This document shows, in pieces, positions 10,430 to 25,400 of a stretch of 64,000 nt of DNA. The notes under the pieces were generated by a model. It was not told where the DNA came from. It was given only the letters and a program-made list of their open reading frames with translations, and ran no database searches. This DNA is from Pecten maximus (Eukaryota). The stretch spans positions 1,116,001-1,180,000 of the forward strand of contig NC_047030.1 in the NCBI RefSeq assembly GCF_902652985.1. The letters run 5' to 3'. Position numbers and translations under genes: made by a program. Numbering within the stretch: position 1 is the first letter of the stretch; every line of letters begins with the position of its first letter.

Positions 10430-13400
10430 GTGAGAATGTATTCATATTAAAGTAGACTAGAAGAGAAAACAAATGATTATTGAAATGTTTTGCCCTTTTA
10501 ATGAATCGCACATCACTTATAAAATCCATATTCGCCTTGTGTTTCGTCAATAACCTTCTTTTCATATGCATGCTGTGAACATATGTACATTGATACGATA
10601 TATCAACTCTCATTAAAGAGGGTTTTTAATGCGAAAGTGAATTTTGGAAAGTCAAGGATTTCGGACAACGTTTGCAAATATTAAGATCATGTCCTGTCCA
10701 AACTGTATGGTGTGTACCTTACCGATAATAATAGTATTGATATTGTCCGATAGCCTATACACCTCTTTGATAATGGTAAATGGGATCGAGTCGGCGGCAT
10801 CAAAGTCAAACTGACCGGTTTCCGTTTAAGTTTATATACCTTTGCAATCTTCATAGAGCAGGCATCGTTCTTATACGTGAAACCAATGAAATGGTTCACT
10901 ACAAGCCTTGGATTTTGCCATGACCCATTAAAATGATAGAAGGAACATTTGTATATTGAGAACGGACCCTTGGATCTTGGAGATTGGGAACAATGTTCGA
11001 AAATGTGGCAAACAATTCACTTCAACGTTTCAGCGTAGTATACGTAGCCACCTATGCGATATTGAAAGAGTTCCTGTTCTAGAGCGCCCCTCTTTCTTTA
11101 TTTACGCATCCGATTGACAGAATTCTTCGTTTGCTTAATTTATCTCCCGAATATCTATCATTTTGGAGTGTTTTTATTACCGTTTCTAGCTAAGTTGTTG
11201 TTTCGATCTATTAAAAACAATGGGTACTTATCGATCTCTGATTGACATTCAGTTTGCAGTAAAGACTGATTCGACCATTTTCAGTACAATGTAATAAGGC
11301 CATGCTAACGTGTCCAGTTATGACATTTAAGTGTGATATCACTATAAAAGTGTCCGTCCATAATTTCTATGGATGTGATTGAGAGAAAAGCCAACGTCTG
11401 ACTAGTTTGGTTTGTTTTGGTTTTATTTGTTTAATCTCCTATCAACATCTAAGGGCATTTAAGGACGGCCTCCTGTGCGTGCGATATGCATGCGTGTGGT
11501 AAGTGCATATGTATGTTTTGGGAGGCTGCGGTATGTTTTTGTTAAGTCTCCTTGTAATAGGCTGGAACTTTTGCCGATTTATAGTGCTACCTCACTGAAG
11601 CATGCTGCCGAAGACACCCAGCAGGACACCCCACCCGGTCACATTATACTCCGTTCCATGGTTTAATCTAAATGGTAACATTATGACGTCACATAATATT
11701 TGACGTCATTAACATCGTGCTATATTTCACAACACCGCCTATAAATTACCTTGGCCGATGAGAGAATATCATCCCCGAAACGTTCCCAGTCTAGAGACGG
11801 AGCAAATATAATGTTCACCGTGTGTTACGCCTCTAAGAAGGATAAACTTAACAGATATTTGTATTTTCCTGTCAGAGATTAACGTGTTTTAGGTATACTT
11901 GCCTCCACTTAAGAGTCACGTGGTCACAACAGAATGTTTAATGTAAACATACAATGGTAATTCTATAAAGTTTCTCTTGTGGTGTTGAATTGTTAACAAC
12001 AATAAAAGAGTTTCTATGAATCCCGATATTCTTTTTACGCTTATTGAAACAATATGGAAGAGCAGTTGTTTATTATACAAACAAGACTAAAATGCCAACG
12101 TGTAAACGGAATCGTTATCAGATAAAGAACGAACTCATTCACTGATGGGAGATAACTATAGAAATGTTTATATATTATATAACCATCTAAAGGAATTTGT
12201 TATTTGATTTATTTTTAATGAACAACTCGCACAATTACGAACGTTATATGTTCATCTATTGGTTATGACGTAGTAACATCTATACGTCATTTATCTCCGA
12301 GAAATATCTAATGTAGAGCCAGTAATAGGTAATGAAGCTTCGAGAAATAGCTTATGTAGAGCCAGTCATAGGTAATGAAGCTTCGAGAAATATCTAATGT
12401 AGCGCCAGTAATAGGTAATGAAGCTTCGAGAAATAGCTTATGTAGAGCCAGTCATAGGTAATGAAGCTTCGGGAAATAGCTAATGTAGAGCCAGTCATAG
12501 GTAATGAAGCTTCGAGAAATAGCTAATGTAGAGCCAGTCATAGATAATGAAGTTTCGAGAAATAGCTAATGTAGAGCCAGTCATAGGTAATGAAGCTTCG
12601 GGAAATAGCTAATGTAGCGCCAGTCATAGGTAATGAAGCTTCTAATGTAGTACCTGAAATAGCTAATGTAGAGCCAGTCATAGGTAATGAAGCTTCTAAT
12701 GTAGTACCTGAACGAGGTCATGTAGAGCCAATATTAGGTAAATAAGCTTCGAGAAATAGCTAATATAGCACCTGAACGAGGTAATGTAGAGCCAATATTA
12801 GGTAATGAAGCTTCGAGAAATAGCTAATATAGTACCTGAAAGAGATAATGTAGAGCCAATATTAGGTAATGAAGCTTCGAGAAATAGCTAATGTAGCACG
12901 TGAAAGAGGTAATGTAGAGCCAGTAATAGGTAATGAAGCTTCGAGAAATGGCTAATGTAGCACGTGAAAGAGGTCATGTAGCGTCTTAAATAGGTAATGA
13001 ATCTTCGAAAAATAGGTCATGTAGTACCAGAAATTGGTCATACAGCACTAGAAATAGGCCATGAAGCGACGCAAAATATGTTATGTAGTACGAGAAATAA
13101 GTCACACAGCAGTAGAAATAGATCAAAGGGCAAGCAAAGAAATTGGTGCCAAAAATTGTTAAAAGTACAAAGACAACAGTATTTGAAGTGACGACCAATA
13201 CATCGACATTGTACAACAGGGTAAAGGGAGCAAGATATAGTAGTAAAACTGTAGAGCCTGCAGTATCCAAAAGAAATGTGTGTGTGTGTGTTTTTTTGGT
13301 TTTTTTTTTAATATGACAGGTGTAACTTCGCTTGTGTAGTTGGACTATCAGGTGTCGGGACAATAGTTTGTGATGTTTTCCTTACTGTAGTCAATATCAA

Positions 13401-16400
13401 TGTAGTGTAATGTGATCTAAGAATAGCGATGTTAGATATTGTTAATTGTAGACGTCATGAAATGAATAGTGCATCTGTTGTAATGATGTCATAAAGTAAT
13501 TATCGTCTTTAGATTTGGTGAATATGAATATTTATGCAGAGGTTGCAAATTGACGTTTTACTCAGCATCAACATCTACGGTTTTAAAATTACGCATGTTC
13601 ACCTCAGCAAAAGATAATAATTGTTTATTATCATTACCTATGCAAGATCTACTGTATTTGTTACATAAAAAGGCAGGGCGACAATTTTCGTTACTCCAAA
13701 ATGTAATGAGAAACAGATCATATATTTTTTTTAGAAAAAAACCCCGAACATTTAAGCGTTTGTTACATTTGGATAAGACAGAATATATATCCGGTTAAAC
13801 ATGTACCAGGAACTTTTAAAACCCCATTATGGACTTCACTGATAGACATTTACTGCCCTGCATCTTTTCTATTTCTAACAAGCTATTGAAGAACGTGTTC
13901 CTTCGACCTAGTAGTACAAGAACAATAGATAGCTGGGGCTCTTATCATTAAGCGCTGTTGTCTGCACTTCGAGCTGTCAGAGAAGTTATAATGATGCATG
14001 TCAATAGTAAATAAAAAGAAAAGAAAATGAAAACAAAAGAAAATGACCTTACAGGTATGATAACTGTTGATCAATACTTCATACTACCATTGACAGAAGC
14101 ATGCATTGTTTTACCCCCTTGTAAGGTTCCGATTAGCGCCTTTACTGAGACATGACGTGCTAGGTAAATAATCAGGGGAATGTACACATCATCACATCCT
14201 GACATTCCGTAATATACTGTAAAAGTTATATCCTTAAATGGCTAAAACTTTCGTTTAAACCGCGAAAACTACACTTTTGGAAAAAAAAACTACATTTACA
14301 GTATTACAGACACCACCTGTAATATACGCCCGCGAGAGGGAAAGATTTCGGGGGAAAAAAATCATAGTTTTATAAACGTTACGTTTCGGCACTAATATAT
14401 GCATTTCTCTGACTAATAATAAAACAGGAATCAGGTAAGGTAAGTGATATTTACCTACTAATATCAGATTAATGCTGAGCGCGTCATGTAGAACATGCTA
14501 TGTTCGCTACTTTTGAATATTACATTCATTCAACTAAAACTGTAAACACAGACACCTTATATCAAATATATAATGTCGTGCTTGATATTTCAAAATCAGC
14601 AATATATTTTCTTTTGGAAATATTTATTTTTGGCATCTTTATGATAAAAAAAACAAAACAAAACAACAAAACAAAAAAATAATAAAAACCAAAACCAAAA
14701 CCAAAAAACAAATATCTGGCTGCTTTTTGAAAGCGGCAATTTATATTTCATCAAAAGATCAATAACAAGCACAATTAAATTTCAACGAGAATTATGTAAA
14801 GGTAATCTATTACAGGTCACCTGCAGTAGGTATACAGGGGAATTATGTAAAGGTAATCAATTACTGGTCACCTGCACTAGGTATACAGGGGAATTATGTA
14901 AAGGTAATCTATTACAGGTCACCTGCAGTAATTGTTTTGAATGAGACTTTCATCTGTCTGTTCAGAAGGAAGCTTCCGGGGGAAATTCTAATCTAAAGTC
15001 AACTTCCGCCGGAAGACACAATTATCTAAACGAGGTTGGATTATCTATGTTATTCATGAATGCTATAATAAATGACAGATTGGAATAGAAATGTATGAAT
15101 GAAAATGATAACAGACTCCTAAATTAACTCAGAAAAAAATACATTCACAGAGTTCTATCGACCTATACTATATATACCCTTTATAACAATAGATCTATTG
15201 TTATACCAACAAACAACGATATATAACAAAAGATCATTATGACCGACGACAAAATAAAAACTTTATTATCTCGATGTTCTATGACGTATGTAGCATGATT
15301 CAGGCGACTTTGAACAGGGAACTTATCTGAACGTAACACTACTATTAAAAATGCACCGGTTCCCTTAGATGACAACAAATTGCCAAAGGTGTGGTTCCTT
15401 TTATTCGAACTTTAAAAAGTACTTTTAAGTTTCATAGCAGAGAATGGTTGATGTAAATAATCAGTAATTTAGTTCAAAAAGAGAGTATTTAACAAAAGAG
15501 AAAAAGAAAAAAGAAACAAAAATGAATTTACGACGAAAAGGCTCCCGGTAGTACAAAATAATAGTTTAGAGGTTATTTGAAAAGCTCTGAGAGCGTTCAG
15601 GGAAACTCACCCGCATCGGTGAGTCAATGCAATTCAGACCTAGTGGCATTGCTTTCCAATTGTTCTGGCAAGAAATCTTATAGTGTTTCCTCATGCTGAT
15701 TTCCATATATCGACCAAGTCTGTTCTTTAATAGGAAATGTATTACTTCTCCCGATTAGACCGTCACATTATATGCCGGTAATATTCTGTTACCGGTATTT
15801 GTTAGGTTTCCACTGATTAATAACACTCTAAGTTGTGTGGAATGGAAACCCTAAAAGAACAAGTATCCAACGTAAGTGTCTAACTGTTTGATATTACGTC
15901 GTCTTAACTTTTAAATTTCGTGAAAAATCTAATGATTTGGAGTTTTATAAATTGAATTAGGGATTATTTGAATTTGATATAGTTCTACGAATTCTTTTGA
16001 TGCGATTGTGAATCTGAAAAAAAAAACTATCGAAACTTTAGAGGCTTTATAATGGATTATTTTCGCGGTTTTTCCACAAGTTTGAATAAAAAAAATATGT
16101 TTTTAAAAGAAATTATGGAACGGAATTATTTTTTTTCTATAAGTGTTATTCTCAGTGTAATTTTTCAAGTATGATTTGCAGGGTGATTTTTGTCTATAAG
16201 TATGACGTCCAGGGTTATCTATCCTTAAGTATGATGTCCATGGTTGTCTCCCCTTGAGTATGACGTCCAGGGTTATCTATCCTTAAGTATGACGTCCAGG
16301 GTTGTCTAACCTTAAGTATGATGTCCAGGGTTGTCTCCCCTTGAGTATGACGTCCAGGGTTGTCTCCCCTTGAGTATGACGTTCAGGGTTGTCTCCCGTT

Positions 16401-19400
16401 AAGTATGACTTCCAGGGTTATCTATCCTTAAGTATGATGTCCAGGGTTATCCAACAGATATTAGTTTCGTATTTTTATATGATTATTACTGTTTCTTACG
16501 GTCATGTCATGCAAATGTGGTATTAAGATGTTGGCACAAAATTGAACAACCATGCACCATTATAGATCGTTCTTGAAGAGGCTTTACCTTTTCAGAACTC
16601 CTGGTCTGTCATATTGTCTTTGTACCTTATCAAATGTGTTCATGTAACTACATATCTGTTTTCATATTAGATCGTATTCATAACGTTAAAGGGAATAATT
16701 AACCCCTGTATATGTGATGCGACTGACGTGTGCTTTTTGACAGTGTCAGAGATTTTTTTGTGTTGATTAGTATATGCACCATTTGTAAGTGTGTTAAATG
16801 GTTATATGCTGCGTTTCACGTTTTAAGGCTTTAAGGATTCAGCAAGTTGACATCTTCAAGTAGCCCTATTATTTCGTTAATTTCACTTCAAAAATATTTT
16901 ATTGAGTAAATCTCTGGTGTAGAAGAAGTTAGGCAATATACATAATTTATACAGGCCATTTCATGATAAAAGTACATACACATCATATTAAAGATACCTG
17001 TTAACGACAATATATCAAGTGTTTAAGAGTATATATATTTCAACGCTAGTCAATCGGATGCCTGCAATCTTTAATACAAGAGTTATCATAAATATCAGTC
17101 AGCGAGTCCGACACGAACTGGTAGCCAGCATAAATGATCATGCAATCGTTCAATCAAATGTCGGGTCTTCTTATGAGGATTTGTTTACTATTGTTTAATG
17201 GCCTATCAACAGCTTATGTCATTTAAGTACGGCCTCTCGTACGTGCGACATGCATGCGTGTGGTGAGTGAGTATGTCTGTGCTTTGGGAGGCTGCGGTAT
17301 GTTCGTGTTAAGTCTCCTTGTGATAGGCCGGAACTTTTGACGTCTTATAGTGCTACCTCACTGAAACATACTGCCGAAGACACCCAGCAGGACACCCCTA
17401 CCCGGTCACATTATACTGACAACGTGTAAATCAATTGCATACTCCCAAAATGCTGAGCGTTAAGCAGGAGTAGCAACTACCATTTTAAAAGATTTTGGTA
17501 TGTCTCAGCAAGGAGACACAACCCAAAGCCTTCCTCACAGGGGTGAAAGCTCAACTAGAGGGATTATCAAGGGAGGCAATAGAAAGAAGAAAGTTGTTAT
17601 GGAAGTAGAGAAAAGATAAGTTGCCTCTTACGATCATGTAATGGGGCAGTAGGTACACTTCGTACGACTTACCAGCAGGGAATTCTGATGAGGAAATAAG
17701 AACAAAAATAAAAAAAAAAAAAAAAAAAACAAGAAACAAAAAAAATAGGAAACCCCAAATAAAGCTTAACAAAGGATTTAACAAAAGATACATAAATGAC
17801 TAGCACCTACTACAGCTGTATATCAATCTAGTAACAGATACATTGTAAGCCGAATATTGAACATAAAGTGACACCATGTGGCTATTTCGTCCTTCTACGA
17901 TTCGTCAATGATGCTGATAAATCTAGAGGGAAAGTCAGGAAAATCCTAAAATTTCTCAAACATGTATACCTTAAGCAGGGAGGGTACAGTTACCCCATTA
18001 TTTAATCAAGTTCATATTTTTGGATTTCGGGTAATTTTCAAAGAATTCAAAATACCTATGTATATTCTAAATCGGTGCCACTTTTCATAAGATTTTAAAC
18101 GTGGCACGCGGGGTAACACCAAACCATACACAGTGCGGCGGATTCACGTGTGGTAAACACTGTACCTAACGCTTTATATAAGTAGATATTTTTTCGTACT
18201 GAAGTATTTATAACATATCTATCCTTCCTTAACATGTTGGCATTAATCCATCGACACTTCCGATGTGTTAAAACTAAATAGACAATTAAATTTTGGTTTA
18301 GTGCCATCTTAATGGCTTTAGGCCATTAAAGTCATGGATAATTACTGACAAGGAAATTTAGTTGTATATCTCAAATCTACAAACAGCGCGGACGTAAATT
18401 TACGTGTCGAGATAAAAATACACTACAACCTCGTAATTTGCTAAAACATTTAATTTGGCATTTTTCAAGAATGTGACACATAGTTACATTCAATTAAAGG
18501 AATAAATGCATTTTGAATTATTAACCAATGTATATGACCCCAATGTATGTATATCTGTATCAGCTATGAATGATTGCCACTAATTATTCTTATCATGGTT
18601 TAAGTGTTATATACCACTGTCCCTCCATAGCAGGTGTATAAATATTTCAACATTGTTTTTGCTGTACAGCTCAAAAAGACCAAAACAATATATTTTGGCA
18701 TATCAAAGCCTTTCCAATGTACTAGGGGCCGTATAACGCATTGTATGGTAAACAGCCAAGAAGCAAACGGCGTCTTTAACATATTTAAGGTACATTTGTA
18801 AGCGACATACATACAGACAAACGTTGTTTCCTCGACCTCTGTGAACCCAAACATAGTGCTCGAAGATTATTTAAATATATTCGATTACTTCGCAAATATC
18901 GAAATATCTTTTTTTTTTTTTCCCCCTCTAACCTCCTCACTGACTCTGAGATAAGGAGTTTCGACTGTATATTATATCATACACACATGCACTTATATCA
19001 TATTTAATGCAAGCGATTCCACATTAATCATGACCTCCAAATCAGTCATGTTACTACCAGTAAAAGCGTCGTATTTTCTGGGTTTTTTTGGAAGCCTTGT
19101 TTATCATATCCAAAAACATAGGACGGAAATCATGAGCTAATCATCATGTCATTCATTTAAGCATTGATGTCATTTTTGTTAGTTTCATCGGGGTATGAAA
19201 CAAATTTTGTTTGCAAACTGTATGAATCCATTGTTTGTACGCAGAATGCGGCTTTCTGATTGGTTCAGATTTTTTTTTTCATTTAAGCATTGATGTCATT
19301 TCTTTTTTTAGTTTCATCGGGGTATGAATTTCTTTCATAGTAGAATGAAAAGAATTTTTCGACCAATCACATTTGAGTATTTACCATGAAAACAAAGAAA

Positions 19401-22400
19401 AATTAATTATACCACTATGAAAAAAAATCCGAGAATGGCGTGGAAAATGTGACGTCACAATACGACAATTGACGTTGCGTATTGATTTGAGGAAAAGAAT
19501 CCCATATAAAACCAGTAAAATTGTACATAAAACATGTTTTAAATTAGAAAATTATTTTCAAAAAAATAATTATAAGCGTTGATGTCAATTATTTTATAGT
19601 TTCATCGGGGTATGAAACAAATTTGTTTGCAAACTGTATGAATCCGCGTAGCCCAATGAAACTAAAAAAAAATTGACATCAATGCTTAAAAGGTAAATTA
19701 ACTCATTGTGTTAAGTTAAATTTACTCATAGTGTTAAGGTAAATTCACTCATAGTGTAAAGGTACATCTGTTCATAGTATTTGGACACAGTTACTCATTG
19801 TGTTTAGATACATTAACTTATTATGTTTAGATAAATTCACTCATTGTGTTTAGATAAATTCACTCATTGTGTTTAGATAAATTCACTCATTGTGTTAAGA
19901 TAAATTCACTTATTGTGTTTAGATAAATTCACTCATAGTGTTTAGATAAATTCACTCTTTTCGTTTAGATAAATTCCTCACAGTGTTCAGATAAATTCAC
20001 TCATTGTGTTTAGATAAATTCACTCATAGTGTTAAGATAAATTCACTCATAGTGTTTAGATAAATTCCTCATAGTGTTTAGATAAATTCACTCATAGTGT
20101 TTAGATAAATTCCTCATAGTGTTTAGATAAATTCACTCATAGTGTTTAGATAAATTCACTCATTGCGTTTAGATAAATTCACTCATTGTGTTTAGATAAA
20201 TTCACTCATTGTGTTTAGATAAATTCCTCATAGTATTTAGATAAATTTACTCATTGTGTTTAGATAAATTCCTCATAGTATTTAGATAAATTCACTCATT
20301 GTGTTTAGATAAATTACTCATAGTGTTTAGATAAATTCACTCATTGTGTTTAGATAAATTTGCTCATTGTGTTTAGATAAATTCACTCATAGTGTTTTGA
20401 TAAATTCCTCATAGTGTTTAGATAAATTTGCTCATTGTGTTTAGATAAATTCACTCATAGTGTTAAGATAAATTCACTCATTGTGTTTAGATAAATTCAC
20501 TCATAGTGTTTAGATAAATTACTCATAGTGTTTAGATAAATTCACTCTTTGTGTTTAGATAAATTCACTCATAGTGTTTAGATAAATTCACTAATAGTGT
20601 TTAGATAAATTCACTCATAGTGTTTAGATAAATTCACTCATTGTGTTTAGATAAATTACTCATAGTGTTTAGATAAATTACTCATAGTGTTTAGATAAAT
20701 TCACTCATTGTGTTTAGATAAATTTGCTCATTGTGTTTAGATAAATTCACTCATAGTGTTTTGATAAATTCCTCATAGTGTTTAGATAAATTTGCTCATT
20801 GTGTTTATATAAATTCACTCATAGTGTTTAGATAAATTCACTCATTGTGTTTAGATAAATTCACTCATAGTGTTTAGATAAATTACTCATAGTGTTTAGA
20901 TAAATTCACTCTTTGTGTTTAGATAAATTCACTCATAGTGTTTAGATAAATTCACTCATAGTGTTTAGAAAAATTCACTCATTGTGTTTAGATAAATTAC
21001 TCATAGTGTTTAGATAAATTTACTCATAGTGTTTAGATAAATTTGCTCATTGTGTTTAGATAAATTAACCCATTGTGTTTAGATAAATTCACTCATTGTG
21101 TTTAGATAAATTCCTCATTGTGTTTAGATAAATTCACTCATAGCGTTTAGATAAATTCACTCATAGTGTTTGGATAAATTCACTCATTGTGTTTAGATAA
21201 ATTCACTCAATGTGTTTAGATAAATTCACTCAATGTGTTCAGATAAATCCACTCATTGTGTTTAGATAAATTAACTCCAACTGTTCAGCTGAATTCACTC
21301 ATAGTGTTTAGATAAATTAACTTATAGTGTTTAGATAAATCCACTCATTGTGTTAAGATAAATTCACTCATAATGTTTAGATAAATTCATTCATTGTGTT
21401 TAGATAAATTCACTCATTGTGTTTAGATAAATTCCTCATAGTGTTTAGATAAATTCATTCCTTGTGTTTTGATAAATTAACTCATAGTGTTTAGATAAAT
21501 CCACTCATTGTGTTTAGATAAATTAACTCATAGCGTTTAGATAAATACCTCATTGTGTTTAGATAAATTCACTCATTGTGTTTAGATAAATTCCTAATAG
21601 TGTTTAGATAAATTTACTCATAGTGTTTAGATAAATTCCTCATTGTGTTTAGATAAATTCATTCATAGTGTTTAGATAAAGTTGCTCATTGTGTTTAGAT
21701 AAATCCACTCATTGTGTTTAGATAAATTCACTCAATGTGTTTAGATAAATTCACTCATTGTGTTTAGATAAATTCATTCATTGTGTTTAGATAAATTCAT
21801 TCATTGTGTTAAGATAAATTCACTCATAGTGTTTAGATAAATTCATTCATTGTGTTTAGATAAATTCATTCATTGTGTTTTGATAAATTCACTTATTGTG
21901 TTTAGATAAATTTACTCATAGTGTTTAGATAAATTAACTCATTGTGTTTAGATAAATTAACTCATTGTGTTTAGATAAATCCACTCATTGTGTTTAGATA
22001 AATTCACTCATAGTGTTTAGATAAATTCCTCATTGTTTTTAGATAAATTCCTCATTGTGTTTAGATAAATTCCTCATTGTGTTTAGATAAATCCACTCAT
22101 TGTGTTTAGATAAATTCACTCATTGTGTTTAGATAAATTTACTCATAGTGTTTAGATAAATTAACTCATTGTGTTTAGATAAATTAACTCATAGTGTTTA
22201 GATAGATTCACTCATAGTGTTTAGATAAATTAACTCATTGCGTTTAGATAAATTCATTCATTGTGTTTTGATAAATTTACTCATAGTGTTTAGGCGAATG
22301 TTCAGTTATATATTTGATTTATTTTTACAGTCACTAGGAAGCAATATTGAATGTACAGTAGAAATTGGATGAACAGTAGGCTAAGGTTCGCGTGTAATCG

Positions 22401-25400
22401 CTAATAATAGTAACATAACGCTATGACTGAGAAATACTGAGTTCTTATTGAATTAACGCAGCAACTTGGTCGTGAAATTTAATGGCGCCCGAACAGTAAA
22501 ATGTCTTCAACACAAGGGAGAGTTAGTAAACTAATTAATGTCTATAAAATGTTGAGTATTATCACCACAAAGCAAAGAAGCAGTAATATAAGCCATTTAA
22601 AAAATACACCCGAAAATACATAGGAATGTAGTTACGTAATATATCACGGAAGTACTTTGAATGTCAACAACGCATTGTGATAAAATATTGTTTAGGTAAA
22701 TTATATATTTATATATACATATATATACACAAAGAAACGTGTTTTATCTTAACTTATACTGTATGTTTACATGATATTGTGTAATCTACGGTGGGTCCCG
22801 TTTACATGTGTTTGTTTTGTAGCGAACATGTGCACTTGGTAAGTGCTATGTAGTCAGAAAATAGATGATTTATGACAATATGAGGTGTTCGATTATCATT
22901 TGGTCTGCCAGAAATTCTTTATTACTTAGATCCTACTTTCAGTATTCAAACTTTCTTTTCAATATAAAACTTTCATAAATCATACCACATACCTGTAACA
23001 TTAAAGAACTTTTAAATAGGTGTGAAACACTCGATACTACAAATATATGTACTACAAACACAATAAACCAAACTACTGATGGTGAAGACGGACGGACGGG
23101 ATGGAATGGGGTTTTAAGCGGAAGAGTTTTGGTGAACTAAATTTAAAACAAGAGGAATGTACAGTCTGGAAACAGTTTTACTATATCACAGGTGAAAAAA
23201 TTATCCCTGGAAGTCGCAAAACCATTTTATACAGGAGAATAATTTGCATTTGATGCAAAGCAAATGATGGCTTACCGTGTCAGTGTTCACACACAAATAC
23301 ATATACCAAAGTATGGCTTAAAATGAAAATTCTCACACACAAATAGGTATACCAATATATGGCTTAAAACGAAAATTCTCACACACAAATAGATATACCA
23401 AAGTATGGCTTAAAACGAAAATTCTCACACACAAATAGATATACCATTGTATGGCTTAAAATGAAAATGCTCACACACAAATAAATACACCAAATAATGG
23501 CTAACCGTGAAAATGTTCAAACACAAATAAGTACACCGAATGATGGCTTACCGTGTAAATGCTCACACAGAAATAAATACACCAAATGATTGCTAACCGT
23601 GAAAATGTTCAAACACAAATAAGTACACCGAATGATGGCTTACCGTGAAAATGTTCACACACAAATAAGTACACCAACTGAACGGAAATCAGTGTAACAC
23701 TCCACCCCCACTGTAGCTAAAAAGAGAAAATATCAGGTTATTATGCAGGACATGACATTTTGTCTCAGCATGTGGTACCCGTTCCTACCAATTCGAGGAA
23801 AGATTATCAAGTGACAGATTATGCTGTAACATCTGTTACACATGTATTAGATAGTAATTCTTGACCATTTTTAATATAACAATGATATAATATGTAAATA
23901 AATCGAGTAGTGAATTCATTTGAAATAAGTAGGTTTATAGACCTGTTGGAGAGAGGAGGTTAGTAACATCCCAATTTTGCCGTTATTTTTGTTAGGATTG
24001 ACATCAGCTTTATTGCTTGTCTTGGGTCCATGTCCATGCAACAAGTAAGCTCATAATTATGAATGATGGACGCTTATGGTGTCACCACAATGAAAACTTT
24101 GGTGATTTTGAATGTGAGATCAATTTAGAAGAATACATATCATACCTGTTTTTGGTTTACATCCCCACTACCTCTAAGTTCATATGACGACGCTGTTAGT
24201 GGTTGTAGTGTTGGTGTCGTCACACTGAAATACTTAGACACGGTAGCACGACATCCTACCTCGTCACCTGATGCTGACGGGCTACACAGAATTACGATCT
24301 GTACATAAGATGCACCAAACTGACAAATAACCGAGTGTACAAGGTTGTTTTTTTTATCAGAGACGTCTCATTTTTTGGCTAAACTTCAAAACGTTTCTGA
24401 TGAAGGAATTCACGTTATCGTTAGACAATCTATTAATCCAGTGCACCGTTATAATATTGTTACGCTTTTTAGTAATATATATTTAATACCAAATAGCAAG
24501 TTGGCTGTATCAGAACAAGACAGGTTTTAAAGTGAATGATGATGGGTACAACATATTGTACTATATGTTGGACAATGAAGATACATATGTTGTACATATA
24601 ATTCCAAATATGCTACACTCACAGGTAAATACGTTAAATCGGTATCAGTTACTAACCAGTCGATTCATCAACGTATAATTGTTGTTATGTTTGATTTGTT
24701 GATAATATGGTTTCAGGCCAAGTTTTAGATGAATACCTAAATCGGAGAAGATTAATACATCATAAGATTAACATATTAAGTCAAATGTTCACTTTCAATA
24801 TGGTTTATTTTTCGGAATATTTATCACTCATTACTGAGCTTTATGACTTTGCTATCTGACAGTGTTCATTTTGAATCCTTATTGTTTTATATTTATGAAA
24901 ATAATACCGGTATTCTATTTCATTGACGAGCCAATGGGCTTATGATTGAGTCAGATCACCCAAGGCTGGTACTGACGATTGCAATATTATATCAATAATA
25001 AATATTATCATTGCATTTTGTATTTCAATTATGATAGCTGTGCTCTTCTTCTACAAAACAATGTATGACTAATTCCGATATAGCCCTTAAATTTGTATTT
25101 TGATAGTCTAATTTGAGATTGCTATATATACAGGTGGTAAGCTCTGCTGGTCGAACGTCTCCGGGCGTGTTTAACTTTTACATGTCTATGAGAATGACTT
25201 AAAATTCACACTTATATGTTCGGGTTTCTTCTGCTTTCAATAATCCAATATCGAGATATGAAATTGATTTCATTATATCGGTAATTATATATTTAAACAT
25301 ACCTTCTGTTTTTTTCTTTTGCTTGTTTTTTTTTTTGTTTTTTGTTTGTTTTAAGTGTTTTGTAGTTTGTTTCCCCCATAGCTTCCATACTGCATGCCAA

